Shown: positions 19,365 through 28,710 of the stretch, in pieces
Layout of the letters: every line of letters begins with the position of its first letter
How positions within the stretch are numbered: position 1 is the first letter of the stretch
Source: an uncultured Nitrososphaerota archaeon
Lineage (GTDB): Archaea; Asgardarchaeota; Njordarchaeia; Njordarchaeales; Njordarchaeaceae
Reading direction: 5' to 3'
Assembly (NCBI GenBank): GCA_964518475.1
Contig: CAZFGR010000015.1
Span: 1 to 42,335 of the forward strand
DNA length: 42,335 nucleotides
Notes under the pieces: model-generated
Told to the model about the DNA's origin: nothing
The model's input: only the letters and a program-made list of their open reading frames with translations
Database searches by the model: none
Position numbers and translations under genes: made by a program

Positions 19365-19826
19365 ATGAAAGTAGGAATCATTAGAGACAAAAAATATGAT
19401 TTTTCTAAACTTCTCCAAGGATTAAAATCCTCCGAAAACATTTGGAAATGTGGTGCTATAGTCTCCTTTATCGGAATGGTTAGGGGAGTAGGAAGAGACG
19501 GATCTAAGGTAAAGAAATTAGTTTACGAGGCCGCGGATGAAATAGTTATTAAAGAGCTTAATGAGATAAGAAGAGAAATTCTAGAGAAGTATGAGGGCGT
19601 GCATGAAGTTCTCATATACCACTTCGTCGGAGAAAGAGAAGTAGGGGAAGACACAATATACATTTTAGTCGCAAGTGAGCATAGAGAGGAAGGATTTAAA
19701 GCAGCGAGAGAAACACTCGAACTCGTGAAAGAAAGAGTCCATATATGGAAAAAAGAAATCACAGAGAAAGGAGCTTACTGGATAATGGGCGAAGAACAGG
19801 TAAAGGTAGAGAATTCCAAATCATGA
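19365..19826 (+). CDS. moaE: Molybdopterin synthase catalytic subunit
   Basis: GAIVSFIGMVR, LVYEA, H..G...VGE, HREEGF, VKERVHIWKKE. Confidence 0.92.
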   Translation: MKVGIIRDKKYDFSKLLQGLKSSENIWKCGAIVSFIGMVRGVGRDGSKVKKLVYEAADEIVIKELNEIRREILEKYEGVHEVLIYHFVGEREVGEDTIYILVASEHREEGFKAARETLELVKERVHIWKKEITEKGAYWIMGEEQVKVENSKS

Positions 19827-20066
19827 TCCTATTCATAGAATTAGTCCTAGCATATTTTAGTTGTCTGGGAAATTTTTAAGAGAATCTTCGCAGGTTTAGG
19901 TCTAATATTGTAGCTTAGAACATTGAGTTTTAATAGATTTTTCTCTTCCCAAAAATGGTCCTTTGGTCTTGTTATCTGCTTTTTTGTAGTTTTGTGGTGC
20001 GGAAATTTTTATATAATTTTTTTCATGTACGGTTATATGACAGTTGTCATATAGGTGTGTTATAGA

Positions 20067-20663
20067 ATGCTGGCTTACGTCACGTTGATTGCTGCTCTCA
20101 TATACTTTATAGCCGCGATATACGGCTATACCAGAAAACAAGGGGTTGATTACTTCTTCTGGATAATCTCAAGCCTGAGCTTCCTTATAGTAGCTGGAGC
20201 ATTGGCGGTAATGGGTCTAGCTGCTCTAGAACAACCATACACACCATTCATAGGTGCTTTATACCCAGCATTCCTAGCAATCGGGATCCTATATAGGCTA
20301 CGAGATACTTGGTGGAAGTACTATTTGGGTTTCGTAGTGGTAATGATGATCCTAATGGCTGCGGGTTACAGTGTAGTATACCCAAGTCTTAGTGTTGGAG
20401 CCGAGGTGTTACTTCATACATTATCAGGACTCATAATTGTGTTCTTACCAATAATTAAGGTTCTGACTAAAGAGTGGAGCTATGAGTATCTGGTAATTAC
20501 TATAGGAGGAATAGTTATTGGTATTGGCGGCTTAGCTCTAGCAAGTATAGTCGCGGGCGCACCCATCCTACCTCTAGAATTAGTGATTGCTCTCTTGCAT
20601 CCCATATTAGCTCTCTCCGCCCTACTCATAGCTATTGGAGTATATTTAATAATAGAGAAATAA
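20067..20663 (+). CDS. Polytopic (~7 TM) membrane protein, unknown function
   Basis: Almost entirely hydrophobic; intramembrane LLHTLSG and GGLALA; ATG 20067 follows AGGTG. Confidence 0.7.
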   Translation: MLAYVTLIAALIYFIAAIYGYTRKQGVDYFFWIISSLSFLIVAGALAVMGLAALEQPYTPFIGALYPAFLAIGILYRLRDTWWKYYLGFVVVMMILMAAGYSVVYPSLSVGAEVLLHTLSGLIIVFLPIIKVLTKEWSYEYLVITIGGIVIGIGGLALASIVAGAPILPLELVIALLHPILALSALLIAIGVYLIIEK

Positions 20664-20727
20664 CGACCTATTCTCATTTATGACTCCAAAATTTTTCCAT
20701 TTTATTTTAAAAATTTATGTGAAATAG

Positions 20728-22116
20728 GTGATCATTTTGAAGAGGATAAAATTACACATTCTTATTGTAGCAACAATTTTCGCTCTCACAGTAGGTTTCT
20801 ACATTCTCTTGTCTCCACCAATGACACAGATAAGATCGGCTCTAGGTCTTCCAAAAGAGCTCCCAGGAGCTAGATATAATGCCACTGTCGGGGGTGCGGA
20901 GATCATTAATCCGTATGAAGGAGAGACCTACTTAGGCAGAATAACCTTTGTTTACCACAGCGTCTTCATAATTCTCTTATACGCTACATTGATAATATTC
21001 GCTGGCAAATATCTGGACGAGAAAATAGGGAATCTAGTCCTCGATTTAGCGGCTATCTCAACCATAATAGTGGTTGCTAGTGCTATTCTTTACGGATATG
21101 TGTCCAAAAATTTCTTCTGGCACGGCACTTTCATAGCTGGTTTAGCAATGTTCTTCCTTATAGGTCTCATAATCATGCTTAATTTCAAACCAAGAGATCT
21201 GCTTGAGTGGAACATCTGGATAGCAGGGATCTTTCTCCTAATAGGGGGGATCTGGGGTGCTTGGTTAGGTTCAAGTTTTATGCATCATAGATCTGAGTTC
21301 TTGGAAGCATTGATAGCTTCTAGATTCAACCCAGATCTCGCAGAAGAAGACTTGTACTGGAGGGCGCTAACATCTCATGAACATGCAATGATAGCGATAG
21401 CATTAGCTCTAGTATTCTTCCTAGCCCTTTCCATAAATAGGCCTAAGGAAAATGCAAAAATGCTTCTTGTATTTACGCCTCAGAGACTTTATCTCCTAGG
21501 TATCCCGGCCCAGATATTCATGGCAGCTGCTTGCTACAGTGTTACATTCTTTGGAGGAAAAACCCACCTCGTAATCACACCTGCGGCACTTATACTCATA
21601 TCAGTTACTCTACTTCTAAGCCTCTCAATGGAGAGAAATGATCTATTGAAAATTGGGGCAGTGATATCAAACCTAGCAGTATGGCTTGGAGTAGCTATAC
21701 CAGGAGCTATCGCAGCAATGAATCTCCGAGAAGCACGCTTTATCTACTCATTGCCCATCAGACATCCTAGCTACGACTGGCTGGAACTGGCCTATAATAT
21801 CGGGCACTGGCACCTACTCCTATTAACGTGGGGCATAGCTCTCTTGATAATCTATATCGTATGGCCAGAAAACATTACAGAGAAGAATAAGCTGTATTTT
21901 TGGATAGGAATAATTGGGCTCATCGGCTACTTAATAGCTATGCTGGGAACCAATCTCTACATGCTAGCTAATCCTCCCCAACCCTACACCCCAAACCCAT
22001 ACAATAACAGATGGGTAACTCTACTAGTAGAGCCAGGGCTAACGCTCCTAACAATAGCTGTAGGGTTAGTTTACTTATACTACCTCCTAGATTTTCTAAA
22101 GTCTTACAGAACTTAA
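20728..22116 (+). CDS. 12-TM His-rich membrane protein, heme-copper oxidase subunit I/NnrS-like architecture
   Basis: About 12 hydrophobic segments; His in TM2 (YH77), TM6 (H217-x-H219) and TM10 (H360-x-H362); the fold assignment is inferred. Confidence 0.55.
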   Translation: MIILKRIKLHILIVATIFALTVGFYILLSPPMTQIRSALGLPKELPGARYNATVGGAEIINPYEGETYLGRITFVYHSVFIILLYATLIIFAGKYLDEKIGNLVLDLAAISTIIVVASAILYGYVSKNFFWHGTFIAGLAMFFLIGLIIMLNFKPRDLLEWNIWIAGIFLLIGGIWGAWLGSSFMHHRSEFLEALIASRFNPDLAEEDLYWRALTSHEHAMIAIALALVFFLALSINRPKENAKMLLVFTPQRLYLLGIPAQIFMAAACYSVTFFGGKTHLVITPAALILISVTLLLSLSMERNDLLKIGAVISNLAVWLGVAIPGAIAAMNLREARFIYSLPIRHPSYDWLELAYNIGHWHLLLLTWGIALLIIYIVWPENITEKNKLYFWIGIIGLIGYLIAMLGTNLYMLANPPQPYTPNPYNNRWVTLLVEPGLTLLTIAVGLVYLYYLLDFLKSYRT

Positions 22117-22167
22117 TATTGCTTTACTATTTTTTATTTACTCTTTTTTTAGCTATGTCATGATTTG

Positions 22168-22614
22168 CTAATTTTTGTTCCTTTCTTCCAGTCCGAGGAG
22201 ATAAGATCCAAAAAGTTCGCGACATAGAGTGCATGTTTTAGGGTCGATATTCTCTATCTGACTATGGAATTGGCAGATCTCTCCACGGCCCATGGCTTTG
22301 AAGACTATCGTGGCTAACCGATACTCCAGTTCCTCTGGTTCGAGGTCACTCTTTGCGATGATTTCGGCAAGTTCTTTGAGTTCTTTCATTGTTTCCGTGG
22401 CTTTTGTGATATCTAAGTATCGCCCTCGACTCCCTCTAATATATCGGGAAACAGCTGACTGGGTAATATACAATTTTCTTGCAATTTCTTTTTGCTTGAA
22501 TTTCTTCTCGTAATATAATATCTCGACAAGCTTTTTCCTTATTGAAGGATAAACGTAGTTAGATATAATGTTGAGTAATTTCATATCAATCCTCAAATGA
22601 CTCGATTTGTTCAT
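22168..22614 (-). CDS. Archaeal HTH transcriptional regulator (COG2522-like) with C-terminal Cys/His cluster
   Basis: P.IR..LV..L....FKQKEIARKLYITQSAVSRYI.G.RG HTH; C-terminal CQFH...CTLC. Confidence 0.8.
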   Translation of the reverse strand: MNKSSHLRIDMKLLNIISNYVYPSIRKKLVEILYYEKKFKQKEIARKLYITQSAVSRYIRGSRGRYLDITKATETMKELKELAEIIAKSDLEPEELEYRLATIVFKAMGRGEICQFHSQIENIDPKTCTLCRELFGSYLLGLEERNKN

Positions 22615-22775
22615 ATATATTCCCGAAGTCTTCCTTTATAATTCTCTTTTGCATAGACCCTAGCTCATTATTGTTAACGTCTCCTTAGCTAGGTTCTAAA
22701 CAGATTATATAGAGCTATTTGTAGAACTCTTATATACTATATAAACCCGATATTCTGTCTTGGCTCATATATAAT

Positions 22776-25466
22776 ATGGGCGAGATGATAGAAATGTCAA
22801 AAGATAAGAAGTATGTCTATGATTTCGAGGAAGGAGGAGAACATCTCCGCCATTTATTAGGAGGAAAAGGAGCTGGTTTGGCGGAAATGACCCGAGCAGG
22901 CCTACCAGTCCCTCCAGGATTCACTATCACAACAGAAGCTTGTAGGGAGTATTACCGTAGAGGTCCTAAATTCATCGATGAGATCTGGCCAGAGATTATG
23001 GAACATTTCCACAAATTAGAGGAGAAAACTGGTAAAAAGTTTGGGGATAAGAATAATCCATTACTAGTCTCTGTAAGATCTGGTGCTCCAATTTCTATGC
23101 CTGGGATGATGGATACAATCCTGAACGTTGGTCTAAACGATGAAACCGTCGAGGCTCTAGCAAGATTAACTAATAATCCAAGATTCGCCTATGATAGCTA
23201 CCGACGACTCATCCAGATGTTTGGATCCATTGTTATGGGAATCGATAGAAGAAAGTTCGAGGAGGCACTAGAAGAGATTAAGAAGAAGTATGGAGTCAAG
23301 CATGATGCAGAGCTACCCGCGGAAGCTATGAAGGAGGTTGTGGAGAAGTTTAAAGAGATTTACAAACGAGAAACAGGTGAAGACTTTCCCCAAGACCCAT
23401 TTGTCCAGTTAAGAAGAGCTATCGAGACAGTGTTTAAGTCCTGGAACAATCCCAGAGCTATAAAGTATAGAGAAATCCATAAGATCCCCCATGATATGGG
23501 CACAGCGGTTAATGTCCAGATGATGGTTTTCGGAAACTTTGGATGGGATTCTGGAACTGGTGTATGCTTCACAAGAAATCCCTCAACGGGCGAAAAAGAG
23601 CTATATGGAGAGTTCCTACCCAATGCACAGGGAGAAGATGTAGTGGCAGGGATTAGAACACCAATGTCTATCAAAGAGCTGAAGGAAAGATTACCTAAAA
23701 TATATGAACAACTAGTTAAGGTTGCTGAACTATTAGAGAGACACTATAAGGATATGCAAGACATTGAGTTCACTGTAGAAAGAGGAAAACTCTGGCTACT
23801 ACAGACAAGAACCGGTAAGAGAACAGCATTAGCAGCTATAAAAATCGCAGTAGATATGGCTAAGGAAGGAATAATCACGAAAGAAGAGGCTATCCTACGT
23901 ATAACGCCCGAACAGCTTCAGCAATTATTGCACAGACAGATCGATCCAAAAGCGAAGGAGACTCATAAACCGATTGCTAGGGGATTACCAGCATCTCCCG
24001 GAGCAGCTGTTGGAAAAGCAGTGTTCACATCTGAGGAAGCTGAGGAACTCGGTAAGAAGGGTGAAAAAGTAATACTTGTACGACCAGAAACTACGCCAGA
24101 CGATATTGGCGGTATGGCTGCTGCTCAGGGAATCCTCACAGCTAGGGGTGGGATGACTTCCCACGCCGCCGTAGTTGCTAGAGCTATGGGTAAACCGGCA
24201 GTTGTAGGGGCTGAGATGATTCAAATAGACCTTGAGAAGGAAGAGTTTAGAGTCGGAGACATTGTTGTTAAGAAAGGTGACATCATTACAATTGATGGAA
24301 CAGCTGGAGAAGTTTATGTGGGTGAGTTACCTACTATTGAGCCTAAGTTGACTCCGGAGGCTTTAGAGCTTCTCTCCTGGTGCGATGAATTCAGAAAGCT
24401 TGGTGTAAGAGCAAACGCTGACACTCCCGAGGAGATGAAAAGAGCTCTAGAATTCGGTGCGGAGGGTGTAGGACTAGCAAGAACCGAGAACATGTTCGTC
24501 AAGGGTGGTCGTACGGATATTGTGTACGAGATCCTACTGGCCGAAACTACTGAGGAAAGAAGAAAAGCACTGGAGAAGCTGATTCCATTGCAGAAACAAG
24601 ACTTCAAAGAAATGTTAGAGGTAATGGATGGTAAACCAGTTATTATAAGATTACTAGACGTACAGTTCTACGCGCTCGTGTTTGCTGATCCAGAACAGCT
24701 CATCGAACAATACTACAAGAAGAAGTATGAGGAGAAAGCCAGTCCAGAAGAACTTGCTAGGCTAGCGAGAGTAATCCAGAGAGTAAGAGCAATAAGAGAT
24801 GCAGACCCCCAGATGGGATTCAGAGCTTGCCGATTAGGAATCGTTTACCCAGAGGTCTATGAGGCACAGATGAGAGCAGCTATGGAGGCAGCAGCGGAAC
24901 TAAAGAAGGAAGGCAAGAATCCAATACTTGAGATAATGGTTCCAGGCACTGCAGAGCCAAATGAGCTAAGATTTATCAAAGAGATTTTCGAGAAGGTAAA
25001 GAAGGAGGTCTCAGAGAAATATGGAATAGAACTCAATGTGTTATATGGTACAATGGTTGAGTCCCCGAGAGCAGCTATTCTAGCAGACGAGCTCGCCGAA
25101 GTATGCGACTTTTTCTCATTCGGTACAAACGACCTGACGCAGTTCACATTCGGTTGGTCCAGAGATGATGCTGAGAGGGCATTTATCCACGCATACATTA
25201 ACAAGAAGATCTTACCGTACAACCCATTCCAGACATTAGACGATAAAGGAGTCGCCAGATTAATGGAGTGGGCTGTTCAAAACGCAAGAAAGGTCAAGCC
25301 AAATATTGAGCTAGGCATCTGTGGAGAGCATGGTGGAGATCCAAGAAGCATAGAGATATGCCACAAGGTAGGACTAGATTATGTCTCAGCATCCCCATGG
25401 AGAATACCAGTAGCGAGACTAGTAGCAGCCCAAGTCGCTATAAAAGAGAAGCAACAGAAACAATAA
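22776..25466 (+). CDS. ppdK: Pyruvate, phosphate dikinase
   Basis: GGKG, SVRSGA..SMPGMMDT, QGEDVVAG, DIEFT, phospho-His GGMTSHAAVVA, GTNDLTQ, GICGEHGG; some pyruvate-domain motifs diverge (see findings). Confidence 0.92.
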   Translation: MGEMIEMSKDKKYVYDFEEGGEHLRHLLGGKGAGLAEMTRAGLPVPPGFTITTEACREYYRRGPKFIDEIWPEIMEHFHKLEEKTGKKFGDKNNPLLVSVRSGAPISMPGMMDTILNVGLNDETVEALARLTNNPRFAYDSYRRLIQMFGSIVMGIDRRKFEEALEEIKKKYGVKHDAELPAEAMKEVVEKFKEIYKRETGEDFPQDPFVQLRRAIETVFKSWNNPRAIKYREIHKIPHDMGTAVNVQMMVFGNFGWDSGTGVCFTRNPSTGEKELYGEFLPNAQGEDVVAGIRTPMSIKELKERLPKIYEQLVKVAELLERHYKDMQDIEFTVERGKLWLLQTRTGKRTALAAIKIAVDMAKEGIITKEEAILRITPEQLQQLLHRQIDPKAKETHKPIARGLPASPGAAVGKAVFTSEEAEELGKKGEKVILVRPETTPDDIGGMAAAQGILTARGGMTSHAAVVARAMGKPAVVGAEMIQIDLEKEEFRVGDIVVKKGDIITIDGTAGEVYVGELPTIEPKLTPEALELLSWCDEFRKLGVRANADTPEEMKRALEFGAEGVGLARTENMFVKGGRTDIVYEILLAETTEERRKALEKLIPLQKQDFKEMLEVMDGKPVIIRLLDVQFYALVFADPEQLIEQYYKKKYEEKASPEELARLARVIQRVRAIRDADPQMGFRACRLGIVYPEVYEAQMRAAMEAAAELKKEGKNPILEIMVPGTAEPNELRFIKEIFEKVKKEVSEKYGIELNVLYGTMVESPRAAILADELAEVCDFFSFGTNDLTQFTFGWSRDDAERAFIHAYINKKILPYNPFQTLDDKGVARLMEWAVQNARKVKPNIELGICGEHGGDPRSIEICHKVGLDYVSASPWRIPVARLVAAQVAIKEKQQKQ

Positions 25467-25530
25467 AATCCTCTTTTCTTCTCTATGTTCTTCTCAAAAT
25501 TCTTTTTTAACTTGTGATTGGTTTATTATC

Positions 25531-25887
25531 TCAGCACGTTAAGTGTAGGGCCGCAACTACTTTTCTTCCTTCTCGTAGATATCTATTATAGATCTCTACA
25601 GCCTCCCTTGTATGAGCTACAATTACTCTTATTCCTTTTTTCTCAAGCTCCAGTATCACTTCCCTCGGAACATCCATTCTACCATAGTAACCAGTCCCAA
25701 TTACGAGAATTTCTGGCTTATACTCTATTACTTCCCATAAATCCTCGATATGAAGATTATGCCCCTCGATTCTCCACCAATCCTCAGAAACCTTATCAGG
25801 AAAAACAATTACGTCGCTACGATATTTTTGGCCTCCAATCTTGATTTCTCCAAATTCATAATCCTCTATAATAGGCATAGGCACCAC
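25531..25887 (-). CDS. Mth938-like (DUF498) protein
   Basis: FG.I.IGG..Y.SDV, WW...GH, VIGTG..G, T.EAV..YN, terminal HLTC. Confidence 0.9.
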   Translation of the reverse strand: MVPMPIIEDYEFGEIKIGGQKYRSDVIVFPDKVSEDWWRIEGHNLHIEDLWEVIEYKPEILVIGTGYYGRMDVPREVILELEKKGIRVIVAHTREAVEIYNRYLREGRKVVAALHLTC

Positions 25888-26263
25888 CTATCTTAATGAA
25901 TAATATTATTAGCTAGCTCATTTAAAATAATTCAAAATTTTAATGCACAGAAATATCCTTTATTCATGTCATAATTTCTAGGAATCCCGAAAAGAATACT
26001 GGTGATGGATATTAACTTTATCGAGAGGGCTTATTTTTATTCATGTGCTTCCGTGATATCCTAGTTCTCGTCAGTGATTATCCATATAAAATATAGTTAT
26101 CTATCTAGAATATATATTTGGCTTATATATTTTAAATCTTGTATTGGCGGAATGAAGAAAAGAATAAAATTGTTCAGCTATATAAATCTCTACTCAGAAG
26201 ATTCCTTCTTCAAAAAGACCAGTTAAGGAATGTTCAGAAATGTTCCTTGTGAGATGGTGAGGA

Positions 26264-28504
26264 ATGCAGCCAGCAGTGTATGCTGTGATTATAGGGATTA
26301 TTGGACTAGTTTTCGTTCTTTGGCTAAGAAAGTGGGTTCTGAGCCAAGAAGCGGGTACTGGAAAAATCCATGAAGTGCATTCTTGGATTAAGAGCGGTGC
26401 GAGAGCTTTTCTTGAGCGTGAATTTATAACAATAAGCTATTTCATCATCGCAATAGTTGTTGGCTTATGTATCATATCCTACGCGGGCATCATCGCTTGG
26501 GAGATTCCAATCGGTTTCGTGATCGGTTCTTTATCATCTTTGCTAATGGCATGGCTGGGAATGGAGACAGCAACAGACGCGAATGTTAGAACAGCACAAG
26601 CCGCTAGAAAATCTCCTGATAAAGCATTAATGATAGCTATCAGAGGCGGAGCAGTCACTGGTCTCTCCTTAATGTCTATAGCCATAATCGGTATTGGCAT
26701 CTTATATCTGTTATTCGGTGATCCTGCATTAGTTGTTGGCTTTGGCTTCGGTGCTTCTCTAGCGGCTCTCTTTGCTCAGTTAGGTGGAGGGATCTACACA
26801 AAGTCAGCCGACGTTGGAGCTGATTTAGTGGGGAAAGTAGAGAAAAAACTTGAGGAAGATGACCCAAGGAATGCTGCAGTGATTGCTGATCTTGTAGGAG
26901 ATAATGTGGGAGACTGTGCTGGCAGGGCTAGCGACTTGTTCGAAAGCTTCTCAGATAATATAATAACTATGATGATTGTTGGAGCCTTTCTAGCTTCGAT
27001 AATGTTTCCAGAATATAGCATAATTATCATAGACCTAGCGTTAGTGCTTCAAGCAATGGGATTAATAGCTAGTATCGTGGGAGTCTTAGCGATTAGAGGA
27101 AAAGAACCCATCAAGGCTATCTATCAAGGCTTCTTCCTAACAGGAATCCTACTCGTTATCGGATTCTACATTATACTGAGAATAATGATTCCGCCAGAAG
27201 TATTTGCTCTAGTAGGAGATCCTGGGCTGGGCACTAGGTTATGGATAGCGACGATGCTTGGAATGCTTGGAAGCTTGTTAACAGCGATAATCGTATGGTA
27301 TTATACTGGGCCCACCAACAAGCCCGTGAAGAATATTGCTGAGATGGCTAAGGGTGGTCCGGCAATCGATATCCTCTCTGGATTATCATGGGGTATGGAG
27401 AGCGTAGTTCCAGCAGCTATAGTGGTAGCGTTTATCACGGTAGCTGCATTTTACTTAGTAGCTGGCGAGTTTAATCTCAGCGGATTAGCTGGTATTAAAG
27501 GATTATTCGGTGTAGCAGTAGCTACTCTAGGACTACAAACAATGGCTGGTATAATCCAGACCTCAGATACCTTCGGGCCAATCGTAGATAATGCTGATGG
27601 TATAGCCACCATGGGTGGTATATCTGAAGAAGTAGGTACATCGCTCGAAAAACTTGACTCTGTCGGTAACATGACGAAGGCCTTAACAAAGGCTTACGGA
27701 ATGGTCTCCGCCCTACTAACATCCCTATCGATACTTTTCGCATTAATAGCTGATTATATTGACACAGCGTTGGAGCTTGGCATAATTCCAACTCCTCAAG
27801 GAAAAATAACCTTCGAGTACATACTACAGATAGCAAATGTAAACATGCTGATTCCAGAACTGATAGCTGGTCTAATAATGGGTATTGCTGTTCCCTACGT
27901 CTTCACAGCATGGGCGATAGGCGGAGCGGTCAGAGGGGCTTTCGAAATGGTTAATGAGGTACGAAGACAGTTTAGAGAGAATCCTGCGATCCTGGAGGGC
28001 AAAGCATTACCAGATTATAGAAGAGCTGTTGATATTGCGACAAGATATGCATTATCAGAAATGATTATGCCCACCACTCTCGGTCTCTTCACGCCTATAC
28101 TGATCGGTACTCTATTCAACATATGGGTACTAGTGGCTTACTTAATAGGTCTGAAGATATCCTCAGCATTATTAGCTATGTTCCAATTCAATACAGGAGG
28201 CCAATTAGATAATGCGAAGAAGCTAATTGAGATTGCAGGTAAGAAAGGTACCGAAGAACACGCCGCAGCCGTGGTCGGTGATACTTTCGGGGATCCATTA
28301 AAGGATACCTCAGGCCCCTCGCTCCACATACTGATAAAACTCTCCAACATATTCAGCATAACCATGATCCCCTACTTCATATGGCTTGAGAGAATAGGAG
28401 ATCTCTCACTAAGAATGCTACTAGCGATAGGTATTGCAATTATATGGATAATCGTAGCCATAATCGCCAGATACTTGAGAAAAAGAACTCAAGTATCCCT
28501 CTAA
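26264..28504 (+). CDS. hppA: Membrane-bound ion-translocating pyrophosphatase, K+-independent type
   Basis: GGGIYTKSADVGADLVGKVE, EDDPRN, DNVGD, GPIVDNADG, GDPLKDTSGP; GNMTKA carries Lys at the K+-dependence position. Confidence 0.95.
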   Translation: MQPAVYAVIIGIIGLVFVLWLRKWVLSQEAGTGKIHEVHSWIKSGARAFLEREFITISYFIIAIVVGLCIISYAGIIAWEIPIGFVIGSLSSLLMAWLGMETATDANVRTAQAARKSPDKALMIAIRGGAVTGLSLMSIAIIGIGILYLLFGDPALVVGFGFGASLAALFAQLGGGIYTKSADVGADLVGKVEKKLEEDDPRNAAVIADLVGDNVGDCAGRASDLFESFSDNIITMMIVGAFLASIMFPEYSIIIIDLALVLQAMGLIASIVGVLAIRGKEPIKAIYQGFFLTGILLVIGFYIILRIMIPPEVFALVGDPGLGTRLWIATMLGMLGSLLTAIIVWYYTGPTNKPVKNIAEMAKGGPAIDILSGLSWGMESVVPAAIVVAFITVAAFYLVAGEFNLSGLAGIKGLFGVAVATLGLQTMAGIIQTSDTFGPIVDNADGIATMGGISEEVGTSLEKLDSVGNMTKALTKAYGMVSALLTSLSILFALIADYIDTALELGIIPTPQGKITFEYILQIANVNMLIPELIAGLIMGIAVPYVFTAWAIGGAVRGAFEMVNEVRRQFRENPAILEGKALPDYRRAVDIATRYALSEMIMPTTLGLFTPILIGTLFNIWVLVAYLIGLKISSALLAMFQFNTGGQLDNAKKLIEIAGKKGTEEHAAAVVGDTFGDPLKDTSGPSLHILIKLSNIFSITMIPYFIWLERIGDLSLRMLLAIGIAIIWIIVAIIARYLRKRTQVSL

Positions 28505-28710
28505 AACCCTATCCCTATACAATAGATCCTAGAGTAACCAATCCCTTATTTTTCTCCAAAAATTCTCCTCTCGAAAACAGAAATGATAGCTCAAATTCTG
28601 AGAAAGATGAATATATCTTATTCGATGATAAATTAGGATTAGCCAGAAGATTAAAATATAGTTATGTTATTTTTATTTTCTCTGCGAAGTTAATTTTCGG
28701 GTGTATTTGT

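Noticed and set aside
28444-28710. 89-aa N-terminal extension of the GH130 ORF
   Set aside because: Overlaps hppA and crosses AT-rich terminator/promoter-like DNA; family similarity begins at TTG 28711.
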